Below are positions 1 to 11,263 of a stretch of DNA of 64,000 nucleotides, piece by piece. This stretch comes from Oscillospiraceae bacterium. GTDB taxonomy: Bacteria > Bacillota > Clostridia > Oscillospirales > Oscillospiraceae. Location of the stretch: assembly GCA_009783555.1 (NCBI GenBank), contig WRDH01000002.1, positions 61,314-125,313 on the forward strand, read 5' to 3'. The notes beneath the pieces were generated by a model. That model did no database searches and was not told where the DNA came from. It saw only the letters and a list, made by a program, of their open reading frames with translations. Position 1 is the stretch's first letter. The number at the start of each line of letters is the position of its first letter. A program made the position numbers and the translations under genes.

Positions 1-57
1 CCTACGCTCTACGGAATTGAAAATTATAACTCCAATTCCCGTTGTTCAAGCGTGTCT

Positions 58-834
58 TTATTGATTTGCAGCGTTTACTATAACGGCAAATGCGTCCGGT
101 TTCAATGATGCTCCGCCTATTAGGCCACCGTCTATATCCGGTTGTGCCAGCAGGTCTTTTGCGTTTTTGTCGTTCATTGAGCCACCGTAGAGGATTGATA
201 TGGCTTCTGCTGCTTTTTCACAGTATAGTGATGATAATACATTTCTTATAACTTTGCAAACTTCTTGTGCGTCTTCCGGTGTAGCTGTTTTTCCTGTACC
301 GATAGCCCAAACAGGTTCGTATGCTATTACGACTTTGTCAAGCTCCCGATCTCCCGGCACATTGGATAACGCCACTTTTACCTGCTTTGTGACGAGTTCG
401 TTTGTTATACCTTCTTCTCTTTGCTCCAACGTCTCACCAACGCAAACGATTGATATCAACGGGGTTTTTAATGCCGCCAGCGTTTTTGCATTAACAGTTT
501 CATCGGTTTCTCCGTAATACTGACGTCTTTCGCTGTGTCCTATTATTACGTACTGTGTGCCGATATCGGTTAGCTGCGCTGCCGATACTTCGCCTGTGTA
601 TGCTCCTGATTCAAATTGGCTCAAGTTCTGTGCTCCTACACCGACTCCTGTGCCTTTAAAAGCACATACAGCCTCCGGAAGTAACACAAATGGTGTGCAT
701 ACAACTGTATCACACCAAGCTTTGAACTCCGTTATAAGCGGCATTAGTTCGTCCTTATATGCTTTTACTTCCGATGCCAGCATATTCATTTTCCAGTTCC
801 CTGCAATTATAGTCTTCCTCAGATCTCTATTCAT
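58..834 (-). CDS. tpiA: Triosephosphate isomerase. The likely true start is the internal ATG at 832-834 (MNRDLRKTIIAGNWKMN), preceded by an AGGAGA ribosome-binding site.
   Basis: AGNWKMN and IIGHSERR TIM motifs; about 250 aa from the internal start; sits downstream of pgk. Confidence 0.93.
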   Translation of the reverse strand: MNRDLRKTIIAGNWKMNMLASEVKAYKDELMPLITEFKAWCDTVVCTPFVLLPEAVCAFKGTGVGVGAQNLSQFESGAYTGEVSAAQLTDIGTQYVIIGHSERRQYYGETDETVNAKTLAALKTPLISIVCVGETLEQREEGITNELVTKQVKVALSNVPGDRELDKVVIAYEPVWAIGTGKTATPEDAQEVCKVIRNVLSSLYCEKAAEAISILYGGSMNDKNAKDLLAQPDIDGGLIGGASLKPDAFAVIVNAANQ

Positions 835-916
835 ATCGTCTCCTATTATTAAGTTATTTATTACTTTTAACAACCCCCGGTGCTTCGCACCACCCCCTTC
901 CGTGGAAGGGGGCTTA

Positions 917-2128
917 TTACGCATCTAACAGACACGCAATACCCGGTAGCACTTTTCCTTCCATAAATTCCAGTGAGGCTCCGCCGCCTGTTGATATGTG
1001 TGTTATTTTGTCTTCTACTCCGAATTTGCGAACTGCCGCAGCGGAATCGCCGCCGCCTATTATGGATATTGCGTTTGAATTTGCTACCGCGTTAGCTACA
1101 GCTTTTGTACCCTCCGCGAATTTTGAGAATTCAAAAACCCCCATAGGTCCGTTCCAGACTATGGTTCCCGCATTAGCAATTTCGCTTGTAAAGTCAACTA
1201 TGGCACGCGGACCGATATCCATCGCCATCATGTCATCGGGGATAGCGTTGCTGTCAACGGTTATCGGGTCTACATCGTTTGAAAACTCCGGGCCGGCTAT
1301 TGAATCGACAGGCAGCAGAAGCTTGACTCCGCGCTCGACTGCTTCCTCTTTGCATTTCAATACCGATTCAAACTCATTATCTTCGCATAAGGATTTGCCG
1401 ATTTTGCCGCCTTCAGCTTTGAAGAAAGTGTATGCCATTCCTCCGCCTATAATTATGGCATCGGATATTTTCAGGAGATTTGATATAACACCGAGTTTAT
1501 CGGATACTTTTGCTCCGCCGAGAATCGCAACCAATGGTCTTTTCGGGGAGGATATTGCCCCTCCGATGTGATCGAGTTCTTTTTTCAATAAAAAACCCGA
1601 AACCGCCGGCAGGTAGTGTGATACTCCTTCTGTTGATGCGTGAGCGCGGTGTACGCTGCCGAATGCGTCCGATACAAATATATCTGCCATGCTTGCAAGT
1701 TTTTTTGCAAACTCCGGGTCGTTTTTTTCTTCTTCCGCGTGAAAGCGGGTGTTTTCCAGCAGCATTATCTCGCCCGGTTTTAACTCAGCGGCAAGCCGGG
1801 TTGCGTCTTCTCCGACAACGTCTTTTGCCATTTTTACGGGTTTTCCGAGATGTTTTGAGAGACTCTCGGCAACCGGTGCAAGAGAAAATTCGGGTTTAAA
1901 CTCACCTTTCGGTCTGCCGAAATGTGAGCAGGCAATCACTGCGGCACCGTGCTCTAAAAGGTAGTTTATAGTGGGTAAGGCTGCTATGATTCGTCCTTCA
2001 TCCCTTATCTTCCCTGTTTCTTTGTCAACCGGAACGTTAAAGTCACACCGCAGCAATACTTTTTTGCCTTTAACGTCAATATCGGCAACTGATTTCTTGT
2101 TATAACCAACTGTTCCCTCTTTACTCAT
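917..2128 (-). CDS. pgk: Phosphoglycerate kinase. The likely start is the ATG at 2126-2128 (MSKEGTV...), preceded by a GGAGGG ribosome-binding site.
   Basis: KKSVADIDVKGKKVLLRCDFNVP N-terminus, FGRPKG, GGGASLE motifs; about 400 aa. Confidence 0.95.
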   Translation of the reverse strand: MSKEGTVGYNKKSVADIDVKGKKVLLRCDFNVPVDKETGKIRDEGRIIAALPTINYLLEHGAAVIACSHFGRPKGEFKPEFSLAPVAESLSKHLGKPVKMAKDVVGEDATRLAAELKPGEIMLLENTRFHAEEEKNDPEFAKKLASMADIFVSDAFGSVHRAHASTEGVSHYLPAVSGFLLKKELDHIGGAISSPKRPLVAILGGAKVSDKLGVISNLLKISDAIIIGGGMAYTFFKAEGGKIGKSLCEDNEFESVLKCKEEAVERGVKLLLPVDSIAGPEFSNDVDPITVDSNAIPDDMMAMDIGPRAIVDFTSEIANAGTIVWNGPMGVFEFSKFAEGTKAVANAVANSNAISIIGGGDSAAAVRKFGVEDKITHISTGGGASLEFMEGKVLPGIACLLDA

Positions 2129-2221
2129 AAAACCCTCCAAAATTCTATTATTCACTTCATGTGTTGAATATAATCATTGACGCATTATATATCTGTCTTC
2201 TTTATCTCATTACCATGGTGC

Positions 2222-4138
2222 TTAGTCTGTATTGTCATCACCGGTATTGCCGTCACCGGTATCACCTCCATCTGTATAATCCGGCACATACGGCACTGCG
2301 GTTCCGTTGAGATATACTCTGTTTTGCGCACGGTATGTGCTTGTCCCTACACGATCTCTGCTGAGCAGTTCGCCATCAGCGGAATAGTGCCGTTTCCAGA
2401 CTTCGGCCCTGTAGCCGCTTTGTCCGCTGGAGCCGGGCATAACAACTCTGGTTCCAACCGGAAGCTCGGAATCCTCCCGTTCTTCAATAACTCTTTCCGT
2501 TTTACTTAATATTATTGTTTCAGTTCGAATAAATGACCCGTCCAGATTTGTTCCGTGAAGTCTCACTGTTAAAAACAGACCACTTACGAATGCTTCTATT
2601 CTCACGGGATACTCTAAATTGTTTTGGAATTTATAATCCATAGTTCCCCATGAAACTGTCGCGTCATTTGCGAAACGTCTGCCGCCAACTTCCTTGACCC
2701 ATTCATCTCCGGTTGGACTGTGATCACTCATCATTCCTTCTTCCGCTAAAGGCATATATGCAATTCTAAGACCATGTGCTGTCCTTTCAACGATTCTAAG
2801 ATGTGTATGCAAGACAGCATCATGTAATGTTGACGAAACTTGACAGATTCCGCCTCCCGGGGCTTCCACAAAAACCCCGTTTCTGATAACGTTGGCTAAA
2901 CGGAAGCCTCGTTCAATTGTACGTTGGCCGACAACCTCGTTAAAAGAGAATGTATCTCCGGGCTTTAAGACCGTCCCGTTTATTTCTTCCGCTGCGCGTT
3001 TTACATTATTTATCCTGTTTGCTGTGTTGTTATTAAGTGTTGATGTACTTTCGGAGAGTACATCACGAAAGAGTCTCTCTTGCATTTCTTCTTGCGTCAA
3101 TTCGGGGTAAAGAGAAAATATAGGTATAACAATGGTCATGCCGTTTGTTGCATTTGAGAGCTTGACCTTCGCTTCGTCAAGGTCAAAAGTCCGTCCTTCT
3201 GAACTCTCGGTTGCCAGCAATGTATCCAAGTCTAATTCCGATGATACCGGCTCTATATGTATCGTTTCAAACAATAATACCAAATCTACACCATCTTCAA
3301 CAATTGCTTCAGGTGTGTAATATGCAGTCAGGTGATCATTTTCTTCAACTGCTTTTAGTAGTGTATAAATCGCAAAATTGAAAACTTCATTTTCATCGGC
3401 AGCTTTTAGTCCGGTGCCTTTGACGATTGTTATGCTTTCATCGGTTATTTCCAAATTACTGTCAAACAATGTAATATTGAAATTATGCGCATACTCTGCC
3501 GCAAGTGTACGCACAATCGTATCATCGAGACTGGGAGTGCTTAAGCCATCAAGCTCTGTTCTTTCAAAAAGTGATTCTATATATGTAATGGTACTGTTAA
3601 TAAATGTCTCGCTTCTTCCGAATGAGAATACCGTCGAAGCCGCTTCCGTAGCATCAAGCGATAAACCGACTTCGTTTCCCGTTACGGAAAAGCTGCTTTG
3701 GTCCGGGAAAACCACTGTAGCTGCCACATCATCGACATTACTCTCATAACCCTCGTTAATCAAATGCTGTACGGTTTCATCAAATGTCATACCCGATACG
3801 TTGATTCCGTCTGCCCAAACATTCGGAAATACAGTGTCAAGTGAATCCACATAAAAAGCCAATGCTATAAACAATCCGCAAATCAAGACTACAACAACTG
3901 TTAATGATATCAATATTGCCTTAATCGGTGACTTTTTCTTTACTACCGGTTTTACTGCATTGCTTTTTTGTGCGGTTTGATAAACCGGTGCTGCTTTGCT
4001 CCCTACCGTTGCTCCGGCTGTCGCGGGGTTTCTATCTGCAGGACCGTTTTTGTATTGCGGTACACTGCGGGGTGCCTGGTTGCCCGGTCTTCTGTTTCTA
4101 TTTATTGAGCTTACTAGTTTCACGCTTAATTCTCCCAT
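2222..4138 (-). CDS. VanW-family membrane-anchored protein with a C-terminal G5-like domain
   Basis: One N-terminal TM helix; central VanW-like block (GTVLKPGDTFSFNEVVG...GGGICQVSSTLH); C-terminal G5-like segment; Gly/Asp/Thr-rich tail. Confidence 0.7.
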   Translation of the reverse strand: MGELSVKLVSSINRNRRPGNQAPRSVPQYKNGPADRNPATAGATVGSKAAPVYQTAQKSNAVKPVVKKKSPIKAILISLTVVVVLICGLFIALAFYVDSLDTVFPNVWADGINVSGMTFDETVQHLINEGYESNVDDVAATVVFPDQSSFSVTGNEVGLSLDATEAASTVFSFGRSETFINSTITYIESLFERTELDGLSTPSLDDTIVRTLAAEYAHNFNITLFDSNLEITDESITIVKGTGLKAADENEVFNFAIYTLLKAVEENDHLTAYYTPEAIVEDGVDLVLLFETIHIEPVSSELDLDTLLATESSEGRTFDLDEAKVKLSNATNGMTIVIPIFSLYPELTQEEMQERLFRDVLSESTSTLNNNTANRINNVKRAAEEINGTVLKPGDTFSFNEVVGQRTIERGFRLANVIRNGVFVEAPGGGICQVSSTLHDAVLHTHLRIVERTAHGLRIAYMPLAEEGMMSDHSPTGDEWVKEVGGRRFANDATVSWGTMDYKFQNNLEYPVRIEAFVSGLFLTVRLHGTNLDGSFIRTETIILSKTERVIEEREDSELPVGTRVVMPGSSGQSGYRAEVWKRHYSADGELLSRDRVGTSTYRAQNRVYLNGTAVPYVPDYTDGGDTGDGNTGDDNTD

Positions 4139-4158
4139 TCAAACAGGTAATTTCTATA

Positions 4159-5445
4159 TTAAGAAAATTCGTTTCTTCCTATAAGTCTTCTTCCTCCGAA
4201 GAGTCCTGCTGCCACCGGGCGCTTGTCGAAGAGTGTCATTTGAGCATCTTCACCCGCGGATTCGGTCTGCCACGGTTTGCTTATTTGTGTCCTTTGTCTT
4301 GTTTGCGCGTCCAGCAATTCGCCGATTAGCATATTGGAAAGTAAAAATCCCACCGGAGTAAATTTCCACCGTCCCTCTTTGTAGTATGTCCAGCCGCTTT
4401 GCTCGTATTTTTTCAGCAGTTCAAGTACAAAGTCCATTTTTAGCCTGTAAATATTGTAGTATTCATCTTCGGATATGCCGTGAGTTGTTCGAAGCCGGAG
4501 CATCAGGTATTCACCCGCGTTTTCGAAATCTGACATTTGTTCGTCGTGCTCAACTATAGTCCTACCCAGCCCGACTTGTTCGATATACTCCTCAACATCT
4601 TCGGTAAAGCTGTATCTGCATTGCCCTACATATGAGTGTGCTCCCGAACCGAAGCCTATGTACTCTTCACCCAGCCAGTATTTCATATTGTGTTTTGATT
4701 CAAATCCGCGCCTTGCAAAGTTCGATATTTCATATTGTCTGTATCCAAACCTTGCCAGCATATCTACTGCATATAGGTACATGTCTGCTTGTGTATCGTC
4801 ATCGGGGATAAAAGGTGAGTCTTTGAACGTATAAAGCTCGGTACCCTCTTCTATTTTCAAGCTGTAGCATGAAATGTGCTCCGCTTTTAACCCTGCGATA
4901 CGCTGAATTGTTTGTGCCCATGAGTCTTTGTCTTGTGAGGGTAAACCGAATATTATGTCTACGCTGATGTTTTTGAAGCCTGCGCGCCTTGCTTCATTGA
5001 ATGTACTTTCGGCATCTTCGAACGTGTGAGTTCTTCCGAGTGTATTGAGTGTTGTGTTATCCGCGCATTGTATACCGATTGAAAGCCTGTTGAATCCCGC
5101 ACGTCTGAGCTTTATCAGCTCTTCCCTGCTTATGCTTCCGGGATTTACTTCCGCTGTTATTTCAGAGTCGAGCAGCACATGACCGTTATTTTTCAAAGCA
5201 CTTAGTATGTTTATCAATCTGGAAGTGCCATAGTAACTGGGAGTACCGCCACCGAAATATACAGTGTCAATCAGATATCCGTCGAGTTGTGCGGCATACT
5301 CCTCAATATGTTTTATTACGGCTGTTTGATAATCGGGTATTAATTTGTCTCCGCCTTTAAATGACGAGAGTGAATAAAAGTTACAGTAAGCGCATTTACT
5401 CTTACAAAATGGAATATGTACATATATTCCTACCTTTTTTTCCAT
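4159..5445 (-). CDS. hemW: Radical SAM HemW/HemN-like protein (heme chaperone or oxygen-independent coproporphyrinogen oxidase family)
   Basis: CKSKCAYCNF radical-SAM CxxxCxxC motif near the N-terminus; the family fold spans the ORF. Confidence 0.75.
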   Translation of the reverse strand: MEKKVGIYVHIPFCKSKCAYCNFYSLSSFKGGDKLIPDYQTAVIKHIEEYAAQLDGYLIDTVYFGGGTPSYYGTSRLINILSALKNNGHVLLDSEITAEVNPGSISREELIKLRRAGFNRLSIGIQCADNTTLNTLGRTHTFEDAESTFNEARRAGFKNISVDIIFGLPSQDKDSWAQTIQRIAGLKAEHISCYSLKIEEGTELYTFKDSPFIPDDDTQADMYLYAVDMLARFGYRQYEISNFARRGFESKHNMKYWLGEEYIGFGSGAHSYVGQCRYSFTEDVEEYIEQVGLGRTIVEHDEQMSDFENAGEYLMLRLRTTHGISEDEYYNIYRLKMDFVLELLKKYEQSGWTYYKEGRWKFTPVGFLLSNMLIGELLDAQTRQRTQISKPWQTESAGEDAQMTLFDKRPVAAGLFGGRRLIGRNEFS

Positions 5446-5684
5446 TGATACTTCCTGTCAGACGAGTGTATATCCGTTTTTTCCGCGTTTTGTTCAATTC
5501 CTCAACTTCGCATTATACCAAAATTCGTGTGATAATTCAACCTTTTCATCGTTTATTGTGTAATATCAATCATTTCGCCGATGCAAGTGTTAAAATTCAT
5601 ACGTAAAAATAGTGTAAAATAAAAATAATTTCTTTGATTTTTTAACGTATAACAAGTATAATTGTTTCTGCAAAATCAAAATAA

Positions 5685-6707
<1,023 letters not shown>

Positions 6708-6742
6708 TATTAAGCAGTAGCAAAAGGCAAGATACAACGAAC

Positions 6743-6819
6743 CGTCATTGCGGCCTCCGAGCCGCAATCCCATGAAGTCCGCATTGTCAAGGGGATTGCG
6801 GATCAAGCCCGCAATGACG
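6743..6819 (+). promoter_or_regulatory. Nested hairpin element in the gap-pyk intergenic region. Four attgcgg/ccgcaat half-sites can form either two hairpins or an outer plus inner hairpin.
   Basis: cgtcattgcgg(6743-6753)...ccgcaat...gggattgcgg...ccgcaatgacg(6809-6819); alternative pairings visible by eye; no U-tract. Confidence 0.4.
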
Positions 6820-6847
6820 ATGTGTTAGTTAATAAAGGAAAAATTTT

Positions 6848-8284
6848 ATGAGAAGAACTAAGATTGTTTCGACTTTGGGACCGGCTACCGATTCTCCCGA
6901 TGTTCTTCATACATTGGTTGATGCAGGGCTTGATGTGGCACGGTTTAACTTTTCGCATGGTACACATGAGGAGCAGAAGCTGCGCGCTTCATTATTACGT
7001 GAGATTTGCGCAGAAAAAGGAGCAACTGTCGCATTGCTCGCAGATACCAAAGGGCCTGAAATCCGGCTGACAACCTTTGAAAACGGTGGTGTTGATCTAA
7101 TAGCGGGAAAGACCTTCACGCTTACAGCCGACTCTGTTGTAGGCAACGCTACACGCGCCGGAATATCTTACAGCGGATTGCCCGAAGAAGTCAGTAAAGG
7201 AACCCGTATATTGCTTGATGACGGTCTTATTGAACTGATTGTGGAGTCCGTTTCAGGCATGAACATTCTGACCAAAATTGTCAACGGCGGATATATTTCA
7301 AACAACAAGGGGGTTAATGTACCCGGTGTAAGGCTTGATATTCCGTATATCTGTGCAAAAGACCGTCTTGATTTGCGCTTTATTGTAGAAAATGACTTTG
7401 ATTTTATCGCCGCTTCTTTTGTCCGAAATGCAAAAGATGTAAGTGAGATACGTGATGAGATAAACCGCGTTAACAGCAGAAATAGAATCAAGATAATCGC
7501 AAAGATAGAAAATGCCGAGGGTGTCCACAATGTTGATTCGATATTGGAAGCCTGCGACGGAATAATGATTGCTCGCGGCGATCTTGGAGTCGAGGTCGAA
7601 TATGAGGAGCTGCCGATAATCCAAAAGGATTTAATAACACGTACATTACAACAAGGTAAGCCTGTAATAACCGCAACACAAATGCTGGAGTCAATGATTG
7701 TAAACCCGAGACCGACACGAGCGGAAACTTCTGATGTCGCAAACGCGATTTATGATGGTACCAGCGCAATTATGTTATCCGGTGAAACTGCTGTCGGAAA
7801 ATATCCCGTTGAGGCATTTAAAGCAATGGCGAAAATCACCGAAAGAATCGAAAAATCAATCGATTACAACGAACGTTTCCAACAAGGTGAATATAAATCC
7901 GAGCCTTCAATAACAAACGCGATATCACATGCAACAGTCACCACATCACATGACCTGCGCGCTGCTGCGATTTTGACCGTTTCTCTTTCAGGAAATACCG
8001 CACAAAACGTCACAAAATACCGCCCGACATGCCCGATTATAGCCTGCACACCTGACGCTACCGTACAACGTCAACTGAAACTGAACTGGGGTATAATCCC
8101 GCTTTTAACGGAGCAGGAAACCGAAACAAACGAATTGTTTAATCACGCGCTGGATGCGGCTATGGATGCCGGTCTCCTTGAAAAAGGTGAACTGGTTGTG
8201 CTGACAGCAGGCGTACCCGTAGGTCATTCAGGTACTACAAATTTGTTGAAGGTCCATGTTGTAGGGGAAAAGATATTGGTATAA
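6848..8284 (+). CDS. pyk: Pyruvate kinase
   Basis: MRRTKIVSTLGPA N-terminus, NFSHG, MIARGDLGVE motifs; 478 aa. Confidence 0.95.
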   Translation: MRRTKIVSTLGPATDSPDVLHTLVDAGLDVARFNFSHGTHEEQKLRASLLREICAEKGATVALLADTKGPEIRLTTFENGGVDLIAGKTFTLTADSVVGNATRAGISYSGLPEEVSKGTRILLDDGLIELIVESVSGMNILTKIVNGGYISNNKGVNVPGVRLDIPYICAKDRLDLRFIVENDFDFIAASFVRNAKDVSEIRDEINRVNSRNRIKIIAKIENAEGVHNVDSILEACDGIMIARGDLGVEVEYEELPIIQKDLITRTLQQGKPVITATQMLESMIVNPRPTRAETSDVANAIYDGTSAIMLSGETAVGKYPVEAFKAMAKITERIEKSIDYNERFQQGEYKSEPSITNAISHATVTTSHDLRAAAILTVSLSGNTAQNVTKYRPTCPIIACTPDATVQRQLKLNWGIIPLLTEQETETNELFNHALDAAMDAGLLEKGELVVLTAGVPVGHSGTTNLLKVHVVGEKILV

Positions 8285-8313
8285 GATCGGTCTTATTGTT
8301 TTAATTTTCTTCT

Positions 8314-8390
8314 TGTAGGGGCGACCGCCCTCGGTCGCCCGTTTTCGGTTTATTGCACTCTCGCGGGCGACCGGGGGCGGTCGCCCCTAC
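8314..8390. terminator. Large GC-rich palindrome between convergent pyk and the histidine kinase; candidate bidirectional terminator or REP-like element
   Basis: 27-nt arms gtaggggcgaccgccctcggtcgcccg / cgggcgaccgggggcggtcgcccctac with one mismatch and a 24-nt loop. Confidence 0.5.
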
Positions 8391-8406
8391 ATAATATTAT
8401 TACCCT

Positions 8407-9762
8407 CTATCCCCTGTATTTTTCAAATATAACATGAAAACTCATGCCACCACCTTTGCGCTTCTCAGCCTTTACTCTTCCTCCCAGCTCCGTTACCGTA
8501 TCCTTTACTATTGCGAGACCCAGACCGCTGCCGCCTGCATCGCGGGAGCGGGCTTTGTCGACTCTGTAGAATCTGTCAAAAAGATGCGGGATATCTTCTT
8601 CAGGAACACCTACTCCCCTGTCTTTAACAGTCAGGACCACAACTCTGTCAATTGATTCAAGCCTGACGTAAACACTCCCGTCGGGCTGATTGTATTTTAT
8701 TGCATTTTCCACAAGGTTAAAAACGACATGGTGAACAAGATCGTCTGTAGCCAAAATAAAGCAATCGTCAGACAACGCCGACCTTAGTATTAATCCCTTC
8801 GTAGTGGCAAGCGGTCTTAACATTCTCAGTGTAGCCTCAACAGACGCTTTCATGTCAACACGTTTAAGTTCATCAGACAGTTGACTGTCCAGTCTCGTCA
8901 AAGACATTAACTTACCCGTTGTTCTTTCCAGGCGATCTGCTTCCATGCCTATATCGCCGATGAACTCCAAAACTGTTTCGCGCTCAATATCTTTATTTTG
9001 AAGTATACTGTCTGTCAATAAACGAATTGAGGCAAGAGGTGTTTTCAACTCGTGTGATGCATCTGCGACAAAACGCCGCCTCACTTCGTCCGTTTCTCTC
9101 AGCCTGCCTGTCAGGCTGTCAAACTCATCACCCAGGCGGGCAAATTCGTCGTTTCCTTTCATTGCTATCTGGTAGCTGTACTCGCCTTCCCTGACTGATT
9201 CTATAGCACTGACTATACTGTTAACACGCCGTACAACAGACCATAAAATAAGCGATGTTATTACCAAAGAAATGATAATGATAATTACTGAGATATTTCC
9301 AATGGTGCTCTGCATTCCCAAAAGCATTGAACCTTGGTTTGTATCTGTATCAAACACGGAAACCACACCGATTGCCATACCTTGGCTCATAATAGGTGTT
9401 AATGCAATACTGTAAAATGTGCCGTTAGAAAAACGAGAGTAAAATATATCATATTCGGTAAGTGCTCTATCCATAAGCTCCATCGGAAAGTCCCGCCGGA
9501 AAGCTCTGCCGGTAGGGTCATATATAACAGTACCGACAGCATCCGTGATTACAATTTGCATCTCTCCCGCAACATCCAGACGTGAAACAATCCCGGCGAC
9601 TGTTTCCTCATCTTCAATAGATAGCTCTGCGTCGACAAATGTTTCTTCCATACTTGACGATATAAGTGATGCCTGTCTCTGTACCAGTTCTTCTTTAAAT
9701 GAAAATATCATATCCCGCGATGCAAATAAAAAATACGTATTTATCAAAACAAGAACAACCAC
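8407..9762 (-). CDS. Sensor histidine kinase with two TM helices, an extracytoplasmic sensor domain, and HisKA plus HATPase domains
   Basis: ADASHELKTPL H-box; NLVENAIKY N-box; GGSGLGLAIV G-box; about 150-aa periplasmic-type loop between two TM helices. Confidence 0.9.
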   Translation of the reverse strand: MVVLVLINTYFLFASRDMIFSFKEELVQRQASLISSSMEETFVDAELSIEDEETVAGIVSRLDVAGEMQIVITDAVGTVIYDPTGRAFRRDFPMELMDRALTEYDIFYSRFSNGTFYSIALTPIMSQGMAIGVVSVFDTDTNQGSMLLGMQSTIGNISVIIIIISLVITSLILWSVVRRVNSIVSAIESVREGEYSYQIAMKGNDEFARLGDEFDSLTGRLRETDEVRRRFVADASHELKTPLASIRLLTDSILQNKDIERETVLEFIGDIGMEADRLERTTGKLMSLTRLDSQLSDELKRVDMKASVEATLRMLRPLATTKGLILRSALSDDCFILATDDLVHHVVFNLVENAIKYNQPDGSVYVRLESIDRVVVLTVKDRGVGVPEEDIPHLFDRFYRVDKARSRDAGGSGLGLAIVKDTVTELGGRVKAEKRKGGGMSFHVIFEKYRG

Positions 9763-9862
9763 AACAACAGCAAAATACGTAAGCGCAAATCTTGTACGTA
9801 TACTGCTGAAGAATTTTAGCTTTCTAACTGTAGGTTTCGATACAATGTCGTGATTTATAGCG

Positions 9863-10540
9863 TTAGCCTCTGATATAGTACCCCACTCCCCACTTGGTCA
9901 TGATATGTTCCGGTTCAGCCGGATTCTCTTCAAGCTTCTCGCGTAAACGGCGTATGTGAACATCGACTGTTCTTATATCGCCTTGATACTCATATCCCCA
10001 TATGATATTAAGTAAAGTTTCTCTGCTGTAAACACGGCCCGGATTTTTGGATAGTAACTCAAAAACGTCAAACTCTTTTACGGTCAATTCAACATGTTCA
10101 TCGTTTTTTACAGCAATACGTTTCTCTGTGTCTAACGTTATATGACCGACAATCAATACGGATTCCGTAACATTATTGACAAGTGCACTCCGTCTTAAAA
10201 GAGCGCGTATTCTGGCCTTAAGCTCCAAAATGTTAAATGGTTTTGTTATGTAGTCGTCAGCACCATATTCAAACCCTATTATTTTGTCCATATCTTCACC
10301 GCGTGCGGTGAGCATAATTATCGGTACAGTAGAAAATTCCCGTATCCTCATGCATGCTTCCAAACCGTCAAGCTCCGGCATCATTACGTCGAGTATAATC
10401 AGGTCATAAGCTCCGCTGCGTGCAAGCTCTACAGCTTCAAGACCGTCATATGCGGCATCGACCTGATAACCTTCATTTTCGAGGTTAAACTTTATACCCT
10501 TCACCAGTAACTTCTCGTCATCAACTACTAAAATGTTCAT
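9863..10540 (-). CDS. OmpR-family response regulator
   Basis: MNILVVDDE receiver N-terminus; C-terminal winged-helix block (TLDTEKRIAVKNDEHVELTVKEFDV...VDVHIRRLREKLE); 225 aa. Confidence 0.92.
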   Translation of the reverse strand: MNILVVDDEKLLVKGIKFNLENEGYQVDAAYDGLEAVELARSGAYDLIILDVMMPELDGLEACMRIREFSTVPIIMLTARGEDMDKIIGFEYGADDYITKPFNILELKARIRALLRRSALVNNVTESVLIVGHITLDTEKRIAVKNDEHVELTVKEFDVFELLSKNPGRVYSRETLLNIIWGYEYQGDIRTVDVHIRRLREKLEENPAEPEHIMTKWGVGYYIRG

Positions 10541-10553
10541 CTTCCGCTTTCCT

Positions 10554-11063
10554 TTATCCTACAGTTATTTTGTCCATTATGGCTTCGTATCTTTTTTCAC
10601 CGATACCTGAAACGTTTCTTAAATCTTCGATTCTTAAGAAATCGCCGTGTTGCCTGCGATAATCTATAATTCGTGATGCCAGTACGCTTCCTATTCCCGG
10701 AAGATCCGTAAGCTCTGATTGCGATGCAAGGTTTATGTTTATCTTTCCATCACCGCTTCTTGGCACACCCACAGCTTCTGTACTTGCATCGTGTACCGGT
10801 GCTTCATTCGCTGTTGCGGTGCTTTCAGCTTGTGAAGCTTCATTAGTTGTTGTCTCGGATGCAGCGGCGGTACTGCCTGATTGCGATGTTGTATCGGGCA
10901 GTTGAACTGAAACGCTGCCGGGATTCTGCGGCTCTTCTCTTTGTTGTGTAACCGGCATTATGTTTACCGCACTCCAGCTTCTTCCGGTAAAAAAGCCTCC
11001 CATAAACAACGCAAACGCTAATGTCACACCAATTACTACAATTTCCAAACGTCTTAATCTCAT
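10554..11063 (-). CDS. comEA: ComEA-like helix-hairpin-helix DNA-binding protein
   Basis: Signal/TM N-terminus, Ser/Thr/Ala-rich linker, C-terminal tandem HhH (ININLASQSELTDLPGIG...IEDLRNVSGIGEKRYEAI). Confidence 0.8.
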   Translation of the reverse strand: MRLRRLEIVVIGVTLAFALFMGGFFTGRSWSAVNIMPVTQQREEPQNPGSVSVQLPDTTSQSGSTAAASETTTNEASQAESTATANEAPVHDASTEAVGVPRSGDGKININLASQSELTDLPGIGSVLASRIIDYRRQHGDFLRIEDLRNVSGIGEKRYEAIMDKITVG

Positions 11064-11263
11064 TTTTTAATCCCCCATATTCTTTCTTAACTTTGAAAAG
11101 TCTGAAACGGGGGCAGCCAAAGTTGTAATTTTTCTACAATTTGTCTTTGACCCTTATAATTGTATCATATTCACAAAAATATTACTATGAAAAAAAGAAA
11201 TATTTACAGCGAATGCTTTTGTGATATAATAAAAATGAATTCATTGCATATCGGAGTATTTAG

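Noticed and set aside
996-1899. Plus-strand ORFs of 191 aa, 129 aa and 71 aa inside pgk
   Set aside because: They are antisense to a highly conserved pgk reading frame. I see no motifs and no ribosome-binding sites; they are typical shadow ORFs.
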